A stretch of 64,000 nt of DNA from Kudoa neothunni (GCA_964304625.1 OZ199839.1:4854837-4918836); one strand, 5' to 3'. Shown: positions 13,159 through 27,196, counted from the stretch's first letter. Translations and numbers: made by a program. Notes: generated by a model not told the origin, from the sequence alone.

Positions 13159-14866
13159 TCCTACTTAGCATCTGCATGTCTCGAGGGTTTATCGTTTCCA
13201 TTTCATCCCACTGTTTAACGTGAATATTAACTGATATTTATGTATTATTTTCTATTACAGGCACTTCGGCGGTTAAATGACAATGTTTTAAGAGAACAAA
13301 CAAAAATTACAAAATTTTCTGACGTATAGCTTATGTTATGGTTCTATTATATACAAATGTACTGGCCGAAGAAGAGATGTATATTAAAATGTTTAGAATT
13401 CATAAATAACTTTACAAAAAATTTTTAAATAATAGGACCACGTATATATTTATATGGGAATTAACTAGTCAATAGTCCCAATATTATACTCTATAGACGG
13501 CACCTAAACAGAGGCCCAAAAGGACCCAACAAACCTTAATGGGTTAATTAGATTTTTAACGCCAAAATCCATGATAAGTTAATGTGAGTCACAAAAACAA
13601 AAATACTCTCCGAATTAATCAGTTAAAAATTAAAATAAGCTGAAAGGAAATGGGGACATGACCTTGCCCGGACGGCAGATGTGACATGCATTTTCGTTGT
13701 CTTTCGGAAAACTCAGAATGGATTAAGTATATTTGAATCGTCTCATTGTTCTTCAAAACGCTCTATTGAGACGGCATCGAAAATTCATTTTTCATTATAA
13801 TGTCGAATTTCAAAATATTTGAGGTAATATGAAAAATATAGATATTTTTCTAAGACGTTGGAAGGGGTTATTATGGTTATAAACAGTATGGGGTTAAATA
13901 TATTTTTGATTATACTTCATCGTTTAATTTTTTTAGGACTTTCCAATTAAAATATACAATCAAATATATGCGATTATACTAAGATAACTGCACGACTCAC
14001 CAGTTGATAGGAATCGCGTGTATTAAAATTGCCCAATTAAATTAATCCTTCATTTTTATAGTGTACAGAAAAATCTTCACCCAACAGATTTTACATTAAT
14101 AATAATAAATTTATATGAGAACATTCTTAGAGTCACTTGTTACATGAGATAACTTACTTTTACTTGGAATGGTTTGGGCAAATAAATTTACCGCAATTAG
14201 AACAAGAGAATGTGGGCTTCTTATCCTTGGTCCTTGGGAAATGAAAACATCAGTTACGATACTTTTTTTCTTGAAGAATCAAAATCATTTTTATGGGAAA
14301 TTTTCAAATTCTGATTTTTTGAAATCAGAATCATCACCGGAATTTGAGTTAAGATTATTTTGTATAAGCTACTCGATATCGTTGTATGTATTATTCGAGA
14401 TCATATTGGTTAGTAATGAGTAAACATTATTTTTAAAAGACAAGTTAATATAAAAACATTAAGAAAATTACATTTCACTAACACAGGGGGAATGTTAATC
14501 TGATTGTGTATGGATTAATGTCGTTAATCTCATTACAGCTTAGCCAGAAACGAAACTGCATTTTTTTGATTTATATAAATAAAACCATTAAAATCTAATT
14601 CCATAAATTAAAAAAATAAATAAAAATTGATACACGTATACTTTTTTTGTTGAAAACTACAGCAAAAAATAATCTTTTCTCATAAAATATGTGGCATAGC
14701 TATTTATTTTAATGGCTTAAAACGAATAAAAATTTTTTCAATGTAAAATACATAGTTTCATCTAGGTATTCCTAGATGCATTAATTAGTGAGATTCAGAA
14801 TTCTTGGAGTTAAAAGCAAAATAGCTCGCATAGGGTCACAAATGACCCCACTTCGGACCGGGAGGG
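13159..14866 (-). mobile_element. Degenerate, internally deleted piggyBac remnant
   Basis: Terminus GGGTCACAAATGACCCCACTTCGGACCGGGAGGG-TTAA at 14833-14870 resembles the neighbouring element's ends. Minus-strand traces of an acidic N-terminus and Cys-rich tail (CHICRPGK, FVCSLKHC). Inner boundary uncertain. Confidence 0.55.
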
Positions 14867-15519
14867 TTAATAAATATGTCAAAATTATTAATTTAAGCGG
14901 CAAGAATTAAAATATTTTAATTATTAAATAGTAAAAATTTCTTGTTAATCAAGTAAAGAATCCTTTAAGTAGAAATTTTTAAAAACCACGTTGCACAAGA
15001 CTGTTTGTTTGATTAAACAGAACCTCGCTATTCGGCAAGAAAATCGCCGGCCCCAAATTTTCCGGATAATCGAGGTTCGACCGTATTTACTTTTAATGAA
15101 CGTTTATATTTGACATAACTCAAATATTTTTTGGGTAATCCCTTGGAGAATATAACTGTATGCTAAAAATATTGTTTCGCCTATAAAATCTACCATAACA
15201 CAAATGGCATATTTTGTTTCCAATTTTCGTATATAAAATTGTGACGTCAGCATAGATAACGAATAGTTTCGGATACCCTTTCTATTATCGTCCATTAGTA
15301 CTGACTCTTTGATCGCGTCACAAAAATATTAATAAATACATAATTTGATATGAAAAATGTATTAATTTAAAACGTAAACTTAGACAATAGTTAAAGTATA
15401 TTATTTGAAAAGAATTTATATAGATAAATTTTGATATGTACGATAGATAAAATAATGAATCAACATATTTACCACGCCACAAAAAACTTAAAAAATATGA
15501 GAAATAATTAAAAAATATA

Positions 15520-16140
15520 TACATGTTTAATTTTGGTAAAAAGCGTATAAATACCACGCTTCCTATGGATTCTTTCAAATATCAATTAAGCAATATATGT
15601 GGCACTCCTTTATTTATGTTTGTAACTGAAAGATATTTCCGTTTAAAAAGATTCCATATGCCTTCAATTCGATTGGTGTGGACTTCAGTAATGGAGACAA
15701 CTCTCCTTAATCAATTAAGATATTTTGAGCATATCCATAATCAAGATGTTTCAGTGAATTGTATCCAGATCATCCATCAAAATGAATGTTAGAATCTCTT
15801 TCGACATGAGTGGTCATCATGTTTTCCATTCCGATCATAAAAACTCTTTCATCCTTATCCACACCGCGAACTATTCTAAGACTTTTACTTTGCAAAATAC
15901 TACATGCAAAAACTTTCTTTTGGGTGTGTAAATTTCGTCAGTTTGAACCTCCATAGCAGATCTACCAACTTTGGTGGAATTGCGAGGGAGAAACTTAAAC
16001 AGAGATCCCTGATAAAGTTCTTCCAACCAAGAATAATGGTGGAGGAGTTGACACGATATTATTCCATTGAGAACGATTGTTCGATCGTACCAACACTCCA
16101 TAAATACAAAATTTGTAGAATCCAATCGAGGGAAATTAGG
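15520..16140 (-). pseudogene. Merlin/ISXO2-type transposase remnant
   Basis: Across frameshifts: WKNFIRDLCL, KVG..MEVQTDE..KRKF, RGVDKDERVFM and VHTNRIEGIW, matching the other Merlin copies in the window. Confidence 0.75.
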
Positions 16141-16144
16141 ATTA

Positions 16145-18697
16145 CAGTAGGTTACCAATAATACGCAATTTTTTTGGGATTGATTTTAGGTTTTCAAATA
16201 TTATGCTATTAAAAATGAGTAATAATTCTAAATCAAAATACATAAGTGTCGAAGAAAAATATAATAAAATATTACTCCAGTCTTCCTTATAATGGTGCCA
16301 AGGCTCCTACAATCAAACATTTTATGATTTCCTCTGTCTACATTAAGTGGTAGCCTTAACATTAATTTTTCTAGCATTCATTATACTTGTTAAGTTAACC
16401 ATCTTGACAACGATATAATCGACTCCGAAACTCAGACAATAAAAGCGTCTGACAACAGACCAGTCAGTTTTAAGAAAGCACTAGAGTATGTAAAAAAATT
16501 GAAATTATTCTTTGAATATCATGAAAGGAAACTATCAATAAGTTTTTCTCCCTTAGAGGAAGACATTTATGATATTATTTCGAAGAGTTTAACTCGACAA
16601 AGAACAACCGATTATTTTTCATTTCAATTTTCATTGTTTTTAAATTAAATTTAACGATTTTCTGATTATAAGAAGTTAAAATATAACGTAAAATACAGTC
16701 GGTGACCACTAATTCGTAATGGCTTTGTGCGCGCGTGAAAAAAACATGAAAATTTGGATTTTATTATTTAATTTTTAAGGCTTTCTAAAATAATCTGTTA
16801 TTTTTGATTGTATTTGAGTTTTTTCAATATACTCATACACATATGATTCTAATTTAGCTACTTCATCACCTAAAGAGTAACCAGCACCTTTGAAAAATAT
16901 TTTCAAATTTTCTACAAAAATTAGAGCATCTTTAGAAGTGAATTTAGGCTTCGCAGATTCGTCCTCTATCTCTTCGGGCTCGCTAACGATTTCCTCGTAT
17001 GAGACGTTCCCTAAATTATCACATACGGGAAACAACTTTCTTCAATACCTAATTCATCGACTTCTTCTAGAGATGTGGAACTATCTGGAGATAAAATTTT
17101 ATTGGAATTTTCTGGTTCATTTACGGATGTTTTTAAGCTGAAACCAGATTTAGAGAAACAATTAATAATCGTTTCAGGAACTAATGAATTCCAAGTATCC
17201 TTAATAAGGGTCATTGCTTCCCATAAATCTAGAGGTTTTATATCCAGTCCAATTTCTGCACGAAGCGTGTGTCGCCTCGTTAAGTTTTTCCGGTATGTTG
17301 CCTTAAATGAACGAATAACACCTTGATCCATTGGTTGTAGGACCGATGTGGTGTTTTGGGGAAAATATACTATTTGAACGTTGGAGAGTTCCATGTGTTG
17401 ATGGCAACTTGCATTGTCCATAAAAAGAACGATTTTTTTGTTTCTACTTCTGAAAATACTGTTAAGTTTTAACAGATAATTTCTAGAAATGCTTGCTGTC
17501 ATCCAGCCTTTCGTGTTGTACTCGTAGGGAATTGGAGTAGTATTTATACTTTTAAAGCATCTGGGTCTGTCATGATGACCTATCACTAAGGGGTCTAGCT
17601 TTTCACCATTCATTGAGGCTCCAAGTAATAATGTAATCCTTTTTTTGACTTTTTACCGCAAGACATATTATTTTCAGTAGCAGAAACGTAACTTTTCCCA
17701 TAATAATATAGATAAATACTTACGCAAAAATAATTGATTGTAGAATATTGTATAATTTCGATCATAACGAAAAAATAATAAAGTACTCATTTGGCGCCCA
17801 TAAAATAATCATGTTGTGGAAGTAATAATATTAACAAAAAATTCTTCATTTAATGTATGTAAAAATATCTAATCGAAACAAAAATAATCATTTTTAGGAA
17901 AAACTTAAGAGGCGTTGATTGATAGAACAGCGCGGTCTCGTCTACATTGTATATTTGATCCTCTTTATAATTTTCAAGAATTTTAAGAAGTTGAGTCTTC
18001 CATTCTGTGATGATTCCTATGGGTACCATGTTAGCATCACCATGAAAGCTGACTTTTTTAAATTGAATCTATTTTTAAAGCCGCGAAACCCTCAGTAGCT
18101 AACATTTTTGAAATCGTCATCAGAAGCACCGATCTCATTTCTTTTATTAATTATTTCGATGGACGATAATTCGATACTTTTTGACCTCATCCAAATGAAC
18201 CACTCATAAACACGTTGATAGGCTTCTTCATCTTTTCCTTTCCGCATTGATCTTCGTTGGGATGGAAGCAATTGATTCTCAAATGCTTGTGTAATTTTAG
18301 CCCTTTTTTCTAAAATGCCATTTAATGTTGAAATATAACCTATTTTGAAGTGTTTAATAGTTTCCGTCTTTCTATTTAAGGGCGGCAAACTATCTTAATA
18401 TTTAATTATGTCATATTTCTCTTGAAGCGTTCTGAATTTGTGAATTCTTTTTTCGGGCATTTAGAAATAATTACTAATCATCGGTTAATACACACTTTTA
18501 AAACTTTTTATTTGACAAAATAAAAAAATAACTCGTATATTTAATTAACAACTCATAATAAACGTTATTTGACAAATTTAACCGAACGGACAAAGTTTTA
18601 GGGGAAGTTACGAATTAACGGTCACCTACTGTAACTGTTCCAGCGCGCGCAATTTTGGGCGGTCCCGAGGGGATTACGTACTACCGGTTACCTGTTG
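16145..18697 (+). mobile_element. Internally deleted Tigger-like element hosting a second Tigger
   Basis: TA-CAGTAGGTTACCAATAATACG left end; GGTCCCGAGGGGATTACGTACTACCGGTTACCTGTTG-TA right end; C-terminal remnant KKALEYVKKLKLFF...TTDYF near 16470-16620. Confidence 0.6.
16696..18631 (-). mobile_element. pogo/Tigger transposon with decayed transposase
   Basis: TIRs CAGTCGGTGACCACTAATTCGTAA and TTACGAATTAACGGTCACCTACTG with TA target duplication; HTH region (18092-18388), VDETALF, LFMDNASCH, QPMDQGVI, QSKITDYF. Confidence 0.92.
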
Positions 18698-19753
18698 TAG
18701 TAGAAAACCGTGCGCTTTCTCAATTAAAACTTCCTGCAAGACTTGATACGACAGCGTTATCTGTATATATCGGAACAATTGTTTTTGAGGGATTGTTTAA
18801 TTAGACTTTCACAAGAACACACTCTTGACGTAGGAAGAAGGTCCAACTGTTAAAAAAATTTGATTAATTTTTCCATGCGATATCCGAAATAAAAGATATG
18901 TTCAAAATTCAAATTGGCGATATTTTCAACGATGTGATTATCGGGTAAGCATAGTATGTGGATCTCTGATAACGTATGTATGAGTATAAACTAAGAGGGA
19001 ATATTTGAATTTTAACCTAAAGTTTGTAGCAGATTTCTGAAAATCTAGGGCTCTAGAGATCAAATTAATATTTCGAAACTTCGTACAATCCTATACCAAT
19101 TGTAATATCGAATTTAAATATTTTTCTTAACAAAATTTCTAAATTCATTAAATATAAAATTTATTCTTTATAATGAATGGCTGAGATCAACACTAGAAAA
19201 ATTTAAGTTAACTCAAACTAACGAATTTATGGTAAACTAAACAATCCCATAATGAAAATAAAAAATTAGTGCATTACAATTAATCTAAGATTCTAATTAA
19301 GAATACCTAAACAGCTATTTGTATTCATATTGCTTTGGTAGATCTAATAACTCCAGACTTACGAAAAATAAATTTATTTTAATGAAACTTAATGAGTCCC
19401 TTCTTTCAAAAATTTTATTACACATCAACCTAGCACATTCTTATCTCCCAAAAATATTAAAAATTTCAAATAAAAGTACTAACAACTGAAAAATTTTCTT
19501 AAAATAGCGATTTAACCTAAGTTAAGTACTTAAATACACAAAATATGCGCTGTAACAATTAGATAAAAGAATCCAAGAAGTTTATTTAGTGTTTAACAAT
19601 AAAGGAAACGACATTTATTGGTTTGACGCAAAAATTACAATAAAAAATAAATAGAATAATAACAAATGAAAAAACAGTATCAATAAAATGAGCTAGAATT
19701 TATAATTTCAATAATGACGCTTAGCAAAATATCAAAATTGAGCGAGTAAAAGA

Positions 19754-22700
19754 TTAAAGTTCATCTTTGGAGGGAGGCTGGGTGAATACTTCTGGCGAAG
19801 GATAGTAGCGGTGGTAGGAGTAGTTGAAGTGGTAGTTGAATTTGAGTTGGAAGGTTCGTCAGTAACAGCCGATTGTTCGGAATCTTTAGCAGCTTTCTTG
19901 GCTGCCTTTTTAGCTGCCTTTTCGGCGGCTTTTTTCTTCTTTTCTTCTTCTTTAGCCTTTTTCTCAATTTCTTTGTTCGCCCTAGTGATGGTTGAGATGT
20001 GTTTGAGGCTGTCTTGTTGGATGGATTCGATAAGGCTCATCACATGAGTAGTGTTGAATGGTTTATTCAACCACGGTTTCACTTTGGTCCATTCTTCATA
20101 GTCGACAGTAGTTAATTTTTTCAGATTATTAACATTATCAGTAAATCCGTTCAAGTCGGTCATATTGAAGGCTGTCTTAACGAGTTCGGAGGAGTTGTTT
20201 ACAAGTGTGATCAACTGTTGCATTCTATCCACAAGTACTGGCGAAGAAGAGATAAGAGTTTCCATGAGTTCTTGTTCGTGTATCCTATTGTGGACAACAG
20301 TGAGTGTTTCATTTAGTTCTTTTAGGACATTGTTGTTCACAGTAGCATTGGATTGATAGCCGTATTCATCGAACCACGCTGATTTTTCTTCAACAGCCGC
20401 TGTCAACTTGGAGAGTTCTTCGTTGTTGACAAATTCCGCATACTTGCCATCACTTTCCAAGTTGTATCTGCATTCATTGATAAACGATTCAAGTTTGCTC
20501 ATAGCAGCAGCATTTCTTTCTTTTTCAACCTCCTTCTTTCTAATTAATCTAATTTTTTCTTGATAATAATAGATATCATCGTCAGATGGCAATAATTTAG
20601 TTTCTACTTCATTTTTCACAATCGACAGAAGATGTTTGAATGTCTTGGCAAGCTTCTTAGCAGGCGGGGGAGTGGGAGTGGATTTTTGTTGATCTGACTT
20701 TTCACCTGTAGTGGCATTACTAGTGATATTCTGCGGTGGTGGAATATCCGTTGTATTTTTTTCAATTGGATCTTCAATAGCATCCCTACTAGCATCATTA
20801 GCGGTGTTATTAACGGCACGATCAGAGCTCGTGATATTATCAGAAGCTAGATTTTCGGTAATTTTTTGGGTCGTGTTGTTGGTTTCAACAAGTTGAGGTT
20901 CACTTCTAACATCGGTAGTATTGGCGCCTTGTACTGGAATATCTTGTTTGATTTTATAGTCAGAGTCATCATCCACAATACCCGAATCTTTGCTTTTAGC
21001 AGAAAACAAATTGGAGACTTTTTCTTTGATTTTATCAAAAGCGGAAATACCCTCTTTCTTGACAAACATTGCCTCAGCATAGGTGATCGAAACAACACCA
21101 AAATCATCGAAATTAACATGAACTTTGACCATATCAAAAGCGTAGTTGTCTTTGTTTTTTTCGATGGCTTCTTTCAGGCCTTTGATGTTATATGTGTGGA
21201 GTGCTTCATTAGGTGCAACTATAGACGATTGATCATAATACTCTGGGATGTTTCCGTATTTTAGCAACACTGTAAAATCGTCTGTGACATTTTTTATAGT
21301 TAGCACTTTTCCTTGAGTGGTAGGTTGCATGTGTTTGTAGATAACTTTCTCCACGGTATGTTCAACGGAGACACCATCGGCGTTGGTTTCAGTTTTATTA
21401 TAGACAGCGACAATTGGATAAAGAGCAGCTTTGTTCACAACAATCTTCTTCACCTTGAAAAAATTTGATTTTGATGCCAAAATGAAGGTAGCTCCCAAAA
21501 CACCATCTTCATCTGTGTTTAAAATATTGCTAAGACGTTCCCTAACAGTACAATTAGTTTATTGTTATTTGTGACTAACAGTAAGCTGAGTCAAAAAACA
21601 AAATACGTTCTAGTTTTTTGTTTTATAACCGACTGTACCATGGGAATTCGTGACCCTCCACCCATAAGCACTACTTGAGTGAGATCGCTCTGATAATTAA
21701 AAAAAAGTATTCAGCTCCACGACAATCATAATAACAAAAATTATTACAACTGCTTTATTGGAGGATTTCAACGATTGATCGATAGCATCAAGCATTTGTT
21801 CAACATATTCATTACATTGAGACTCCAGCTCGGAAACTGTGATCGTAGTGCTAAAATCTTCATCTCGGTAAAAAGACTCCAACTACAATTATTTCGGTCA
21901 CACAATTAAAATCAAAAATTATGGATATTCATATACATATATTTTGGTATGAGGAACACTAGTGAGGACTTTTTTGATACGTTTAGCCTCTTCGAGTAAG
22001 GTGAAGTTTCGACGAGCATTCGAAATGGTGCTGTATTTGACGTTGGCACTTTTCTACACACCGAACATCTCAATCTCACATCGTCGGCATTCAAATGAAA
22101 TACCTCAAATTTTTCTATAATAATATCCATAATTTTTGAGTCAAAATCACCAACACCCTTAAACGTATATCCATAGCCAATGATGTTGCAACTGGGATAA
22201 GGCTTTTTCTTATTTTTATTCTCATACAATTCCTCACAGCCTAAAAATTTAAACGATAAAACTGTTGGTAATAACAGTTTATACTGTAAATAGTAGCGTC
22301 AGTGTGATAAGCTCCCACATCAACAATCATAAAATTCTATAAGCACACCACACATCAAACGCGCGTTTACATAATTTTTTAAGTTACGTTATTTTTTGGT
22401 GGCATTTTACCATACTTGGCTATCGAGTATCTGATTCCAGCTAAAAGTTTTTAATTAAGTAATATTAAGTAAGCGAATTTTTATTCGTTATTTATATGAA
22501 GAGTTATTAGATAAGATATATTACTAGCAACATTAGAATCAACTATCTCAACCAATTTCATTCGAGCAATTTGAGCAGCTCTACAAATTTCATATTAGCA
22601 ACTATAGCGCAACCTTGGTGAACCACTTTTGATAATAAAGTCGTTGGGTTTGATCGGTAAATGCACGTACAACAATAGCCAAATTTTTAACTTCGCTCTC

Positions 22701-23510
22701 TATCATTAAATATTACGATAATATTCAATGATAGAGAAAAAATTATTTACTCGAAAATACACTGGTAGACATTTGAGCGTCATTGATAATCATAGACAAA
22801 AGCGCTTCCGGGGAAAAATCCTCACTAAAACTAGAAACCCCTCAACAACAACAAAATATTTTTATGATGGATTTACTTTTCTGCACTAAAAACCACATTT
22901 TCTAAAGTAGGTTGTCAATTAAATTCAAAAACCAACTTAACAATACCAGTAGTGGCATTTTTCTTGAGATCTGCATCAGGAAATCGTCGACGATACAAAT
23001 CCACAACAGTACTATCGTGAGAGTGTCCTAACAGAAAATGTGGATGTCTAAAGGTGGACTTGGGAAACTTTCTAGCCTATTTAAATTTTTTATCCGATTA
23101 AGAAATTCAATAATGATTATTATCAAAGCATTACAGAACTGTACGCATTATCTCCAACAAAACGCTCGTTTGCTGAAAATCCAACACTATTCAAACTCTT
23201 GCGATTTGATTCTCTGGTTGAGTAAATTTAGGGAATAAAACACAAAAACAAAAAGTTACGTGTTAAGAACCACTTCCATATAATTTCCAGGCTATTATAT
23301 TTTTGTGGTTAATTTAGAAGAAATAATTACGGAAAAAACTCACTCTTGTCAAAGCTATCTTAAACGAATCTGAACCCATATCGACAGCCATTGTAACAGA
23401 AAATTCATCTATTTCGCAAAAATCACACATCAAATCGGCAATCTCAACACTTTACTGGGATGTAGAAAGGTTGTTAAAACCAAAAAAATTGACAGCCTAC
23501 AAATAAACAT
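19754..23510 (-). CDS. HYOU1: Hypoxia up-regulated protein 1 / GRP170 (ER Hsp70-family chaperone), multi-exon
   Basis: Signal peptide MFICRLSIFLVL at 23510; MAVDMGSDSFKIAL; LMGGGSRIPMVQ; NTDEDGVLGATF; KLESFINECR; PSKDEL* ends at 19754 in a shifted frame. Confidence 0.9.
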
Positions 23511-23570
23511 TCTAATAGATGCGGAAAATCACACACCACCCTTCCAAAAATCCTGACGGAATCTTACGAC

Positions 23571-23583
23571 TGCTGACGTGTCA
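23571..23583 (-). promoter_or_regulatory. UPRE-like / XBP1-CREB3-type site upstream of HYOU1
   Basis: TGACACGTCAGCA on the minus strand about 60 bp upstream of the ATG of a canonical UPR target gene. Confidence 0.5.
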
Positions 23584-24388
23584 TTTCAATATTATTAAAA
23601 AGAAGATCCACTAACGTGGGCATAGTCTATATATTTTTTTGGATCTATTCATATTTATTTAAATATTTCAATGGTACGATTTCTATATTTTTAATCCTCA
23701 TACACCAAACAGATCAAACAACATCAATGTGCTATATGTGGTGCGGTATTCCTGCCTAATCCTGTTAAAAAAATGTGTAAATTTTGCATGCATCTCGTGC
23801 TATTTAATTTATGAAAAATAATAGTTGCGAATGATAATCGATAAATACAATTTTTTGATAAAACCACCATATTTACCAAAAAATTTTCTGTTATAACCTT
23901 CAGTCCTAATGGATTAAACAATGTTTGAGTATGTATTTTATATTTTTATATCAATTTATTTTAATAGATATTAGATTTTACGAAATCATGCTGATATCCA
24001 TAGAATAAAAAGTTTATTATTCGTGAAAATCAGAATTAAAATATGATGCGATTATACTGTTATCAAAGTATTAAAAATAAATGGTGCTGAATCAATGTTA
24101 TTGTTTAGATATCTCGGAGCGTTTCGGATCATTCTAGAATCATGTAATTCGACTATCGACGGCAGTTCGCTAATTGAGCTGGACTGCGTAATCTGTTTAT
24201 ATCACAACATTATTGGTCGTTAAGGTTGAAGAAACCTTTATTAATAACTAGTGCGAAAACCCGGCGATGCTCGGAAGAGTTAAGCTGACTGTTTTAAATC
24301 ATGAATAATAAATTTTTTAAATATTTAATTCTTTTTTGTGTTATAAACAGAATATAATGTTTAAAAATAACACGATAAACAAGAAATA

Positions 24389-25394
24389 CAATAAGAAACC
24401 AATTTCACGTAATCCCCTCGGGACCAAGGAAAAAGTGCGTAAAATCGGTCACGTCCAATTTCACGCACTAGCGTGCGCAATTATATCAGAAAAAATTGAC
24501 ATTTAATAATGATTAAATTATGTTTATAAAGACTAATCAACTATATATTAATTTTTAAATGATAATTAAAACTCGAGAAACGTGTTAACAGCACAAAAAT
24601 ATTTTTCAGCGATCTATGAAATACTCTTCTTATTACTATCGGCAGAATAAGGCAGTTTCATCTACATTGTAAATATAATTTTCAGATTATCTTTTAAAAA
24701 GTGTTCTGATTTAATTGGTTTATTACGGAGTAGTTTCAGATGTAGCAACAGTAGATTAGCTAATAAAATTTGATTTTTTAATGTTGGACCTTTTTTTAAA
24801 AGAGTGAAACCTACCAAGAATTGCACACGAAGGTAAGCCCTTTTCTTTGACCAATTGATTTCTCTTGATAATTATCGTGACGACGCTTATTACAATCTTT
24901 CTGCTTCGTGTCTACCCAATCCACTCATATACATGTTCATCAACAGAATTAAATTGTCTTGCATGCAAATGACTTCTATTTTTAGATTATACAACCATTT
25001 ATAGGTTTTGATTATTTTATTTTGCATCTCTAGGATGCCATTAGGAGTCAGGATAATAGATATTTTAAAATGTGATACAGTGACAGTTTTTGGGTTGTTA
25101 GATTGAAGACTTTCATAATAATTAGTAATATTGTACTTTTCGGCAATAGATATAGTTTAGGAGTTTTTTGGCATTTAACATTGACTTAATTAAATAATAA
25201 ACAAGAAGCAACCGGGAAAAGTGCGTGATCTGTCAACCACGTGACTTTTAATTACGTTATTTAGCAACTTTTTAAAATAATTTTTATAAAATTTTTGATT
25301 GAAATATTATAAGAAACATATTATATAAACAATGACTAATCAATATTCTAACTAGATTGGTTTTTAAAAAGTGCGTGAAATTGGTTACCTACTG
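24389..25394 (-). mobile_element. Tigger-like deletion derivative (HTH region only)
   Basis: Ends CAATAAGAAACCAATTTCACG and CGTGAAATTGGTTACCTACTG with TA; internal traces VYEW and YNVDETAL. Confidence 0.75.
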
Positions 25395-25627
25395 TATCAA
25401 TAAAATGAGTCACAAACTACAGATGTATATATTAGTTTAACATTCAAGTTGAGATGCATAAATAATCAAATTTGAAATGTCGCGTGTAGCGTACCAACTT
25501 AACCGGCAGTAGCCGGTTGATAATCGGATTATTTGTGCTTTGATCGAAGGGGTTTTTATTAGCGCAAAATACATATTACATCGCGCCAAAAAAATGCAAA
25601 AGAGAGACCATTTTATTTGGTGCTTCC

Positions 25628-26488
25628 ATGACTGGTAAAAAGCTTGATCCGCTTGTAATAGAGCATCTTTGTAAACCTCGATGTTTTAAAAATGTGCCTA
25701 ATTTGCCAGTCGCTTACGAACATTCAAAAAAAGCTTGGATGAATGGAGCCATCTTTAGGAGATATCTGTTAAAATTGAATAGTTTTTTCAAGAGTAAAGA
25801 CAAAAAAGTACTCCTATTCGTCGACAATGCAAGTTGCCATATTCATCCCGACCTAAGTAATATCACTATCGAGTGTCTACCCAAGAATAGTACGAGTGTG
25901 TTGCAGCCCCCTGATCAAGGGATTATTCGTTCCTTTAAGGTTTCGTACATTTCAAAATTGATACAAAGGAATATTGCTTATGTTGAAGCCGAAATGACTC
26001 CTAACCCTCCAGACCTTCTAGATGCTCTGATGATGATAAAAAATAATTGGCATGATGTTAAGCAACAGATTATCATTAATTGTTTTGAAAAAGCTGGTTT
26101 TATCAAACATGATACAAATATTGTAAATGAAGTCAACATCACTCAAACAAATGAAAAGATAGAGCCTGACTTGTCTTTGGAAATCGACGAAATAATGAAT
26201 GAGGAAGATCAGGAACAAAGTAAAGCTGATTTTGAAGATTTCGAACAATATCCTGATAAACTGGATAATAAATCGGATGAGGAGTTCCAACTCGATGTCG
26301 AAGACAGCATCACTTCAAAATGCGCACTAGAGTGTATAAATAAATTGAAAACCTATTTTAGAAATAATAAACTTGAATATTATATACTTCTTTTGAATAT
26401 TGAAGAAAATGTTGTTGGAAACATAAATAAAAATTTAGTTCAAACTAAAATAACAAACTTCTTCCCAAAAGCATCGGATAAATCGTAG
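25628..26488 (+). pseudogene. Tigger/pogo transposase DDE_1 domain fragment, 5' truncated
   Basis: KPRCFK, AWMN, LFVDNASCH, LQPPDQGII, QTKITNFF; no TIRs recognised. Confidence 0.88.
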
Positions 26489-27196
26489 TATTTTTTTTAT
26501 TTTGTGTATTTTTTGAAGATAATAAATTTGGTTTAAATGAGTATTTTTGAAGGTATATTTAAAGAGTAAGACCAATTAAATTAAGTGAACTTACGCATTA
26601 AATTATTACAATCTCGTCGCGAATATTCAAATGATTTCCGCTCACACTCAGTAATATTTGGAATTTTTAAATTAGGTCTTCATCAGATATTTACGACAAT
26701 GCATTGAAATGCACAGAATTTATGTATAAGGACAGAAAAAAAATCAAATATATAAATGATGGAAATAAGCACACGCGTGCGCGCGAAAAGTACGTAAAAT
26801 CCGTCTATTACATTACAGTTCCCGGCATAAGGAATTTATTTCAGCAAACAACAAAAAAAAGCGTGTCAATCTTATACGTAAAAACTGATGATATCTCTCA
26901 ATTACCATATGATAGAGCATATAAGGTAGAAAATTAACTTCAACAGATCATCACCATGACATAAGCACGCACTAATCCTATAGTTGAACTCATGTAATCC
27001 GATAAACAAACTTTAAATCGACAAAATCACCATTTTCTAAACACTTTTGGGGATATTTGGAAGTGTGAAAACGATTCAAAAATTTTTTGAAACATTTCGA
27101 TTTATAGAAAATTTCATATGTCTCTCTATAAGGAAAAAAATTGGATGCACATGCGTATTCGCTGACACACACACGGATACTTCAACTTTATTTGTA

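Larger units (their letters stand above)
9403..15083. mobile_element. pogo/Tigger-type non-autonomous element split by piggyBac insertions
   Basis: TA-CAGTCGAACCTCGATTATCCGGAA at 9401 and TTCCGGATAATCGAGGTTCGACCG-TA at about 15060-15085 (one mismatch). Confidence 0.7.

Noticed and set aside
19761-21264. Short alternate-frame and antisense ORFs over the large HYOU1 exon
   Set aside because: Shadow ORFs of a coding exon; the same applies to most 60-100 aa ORFs in the track.
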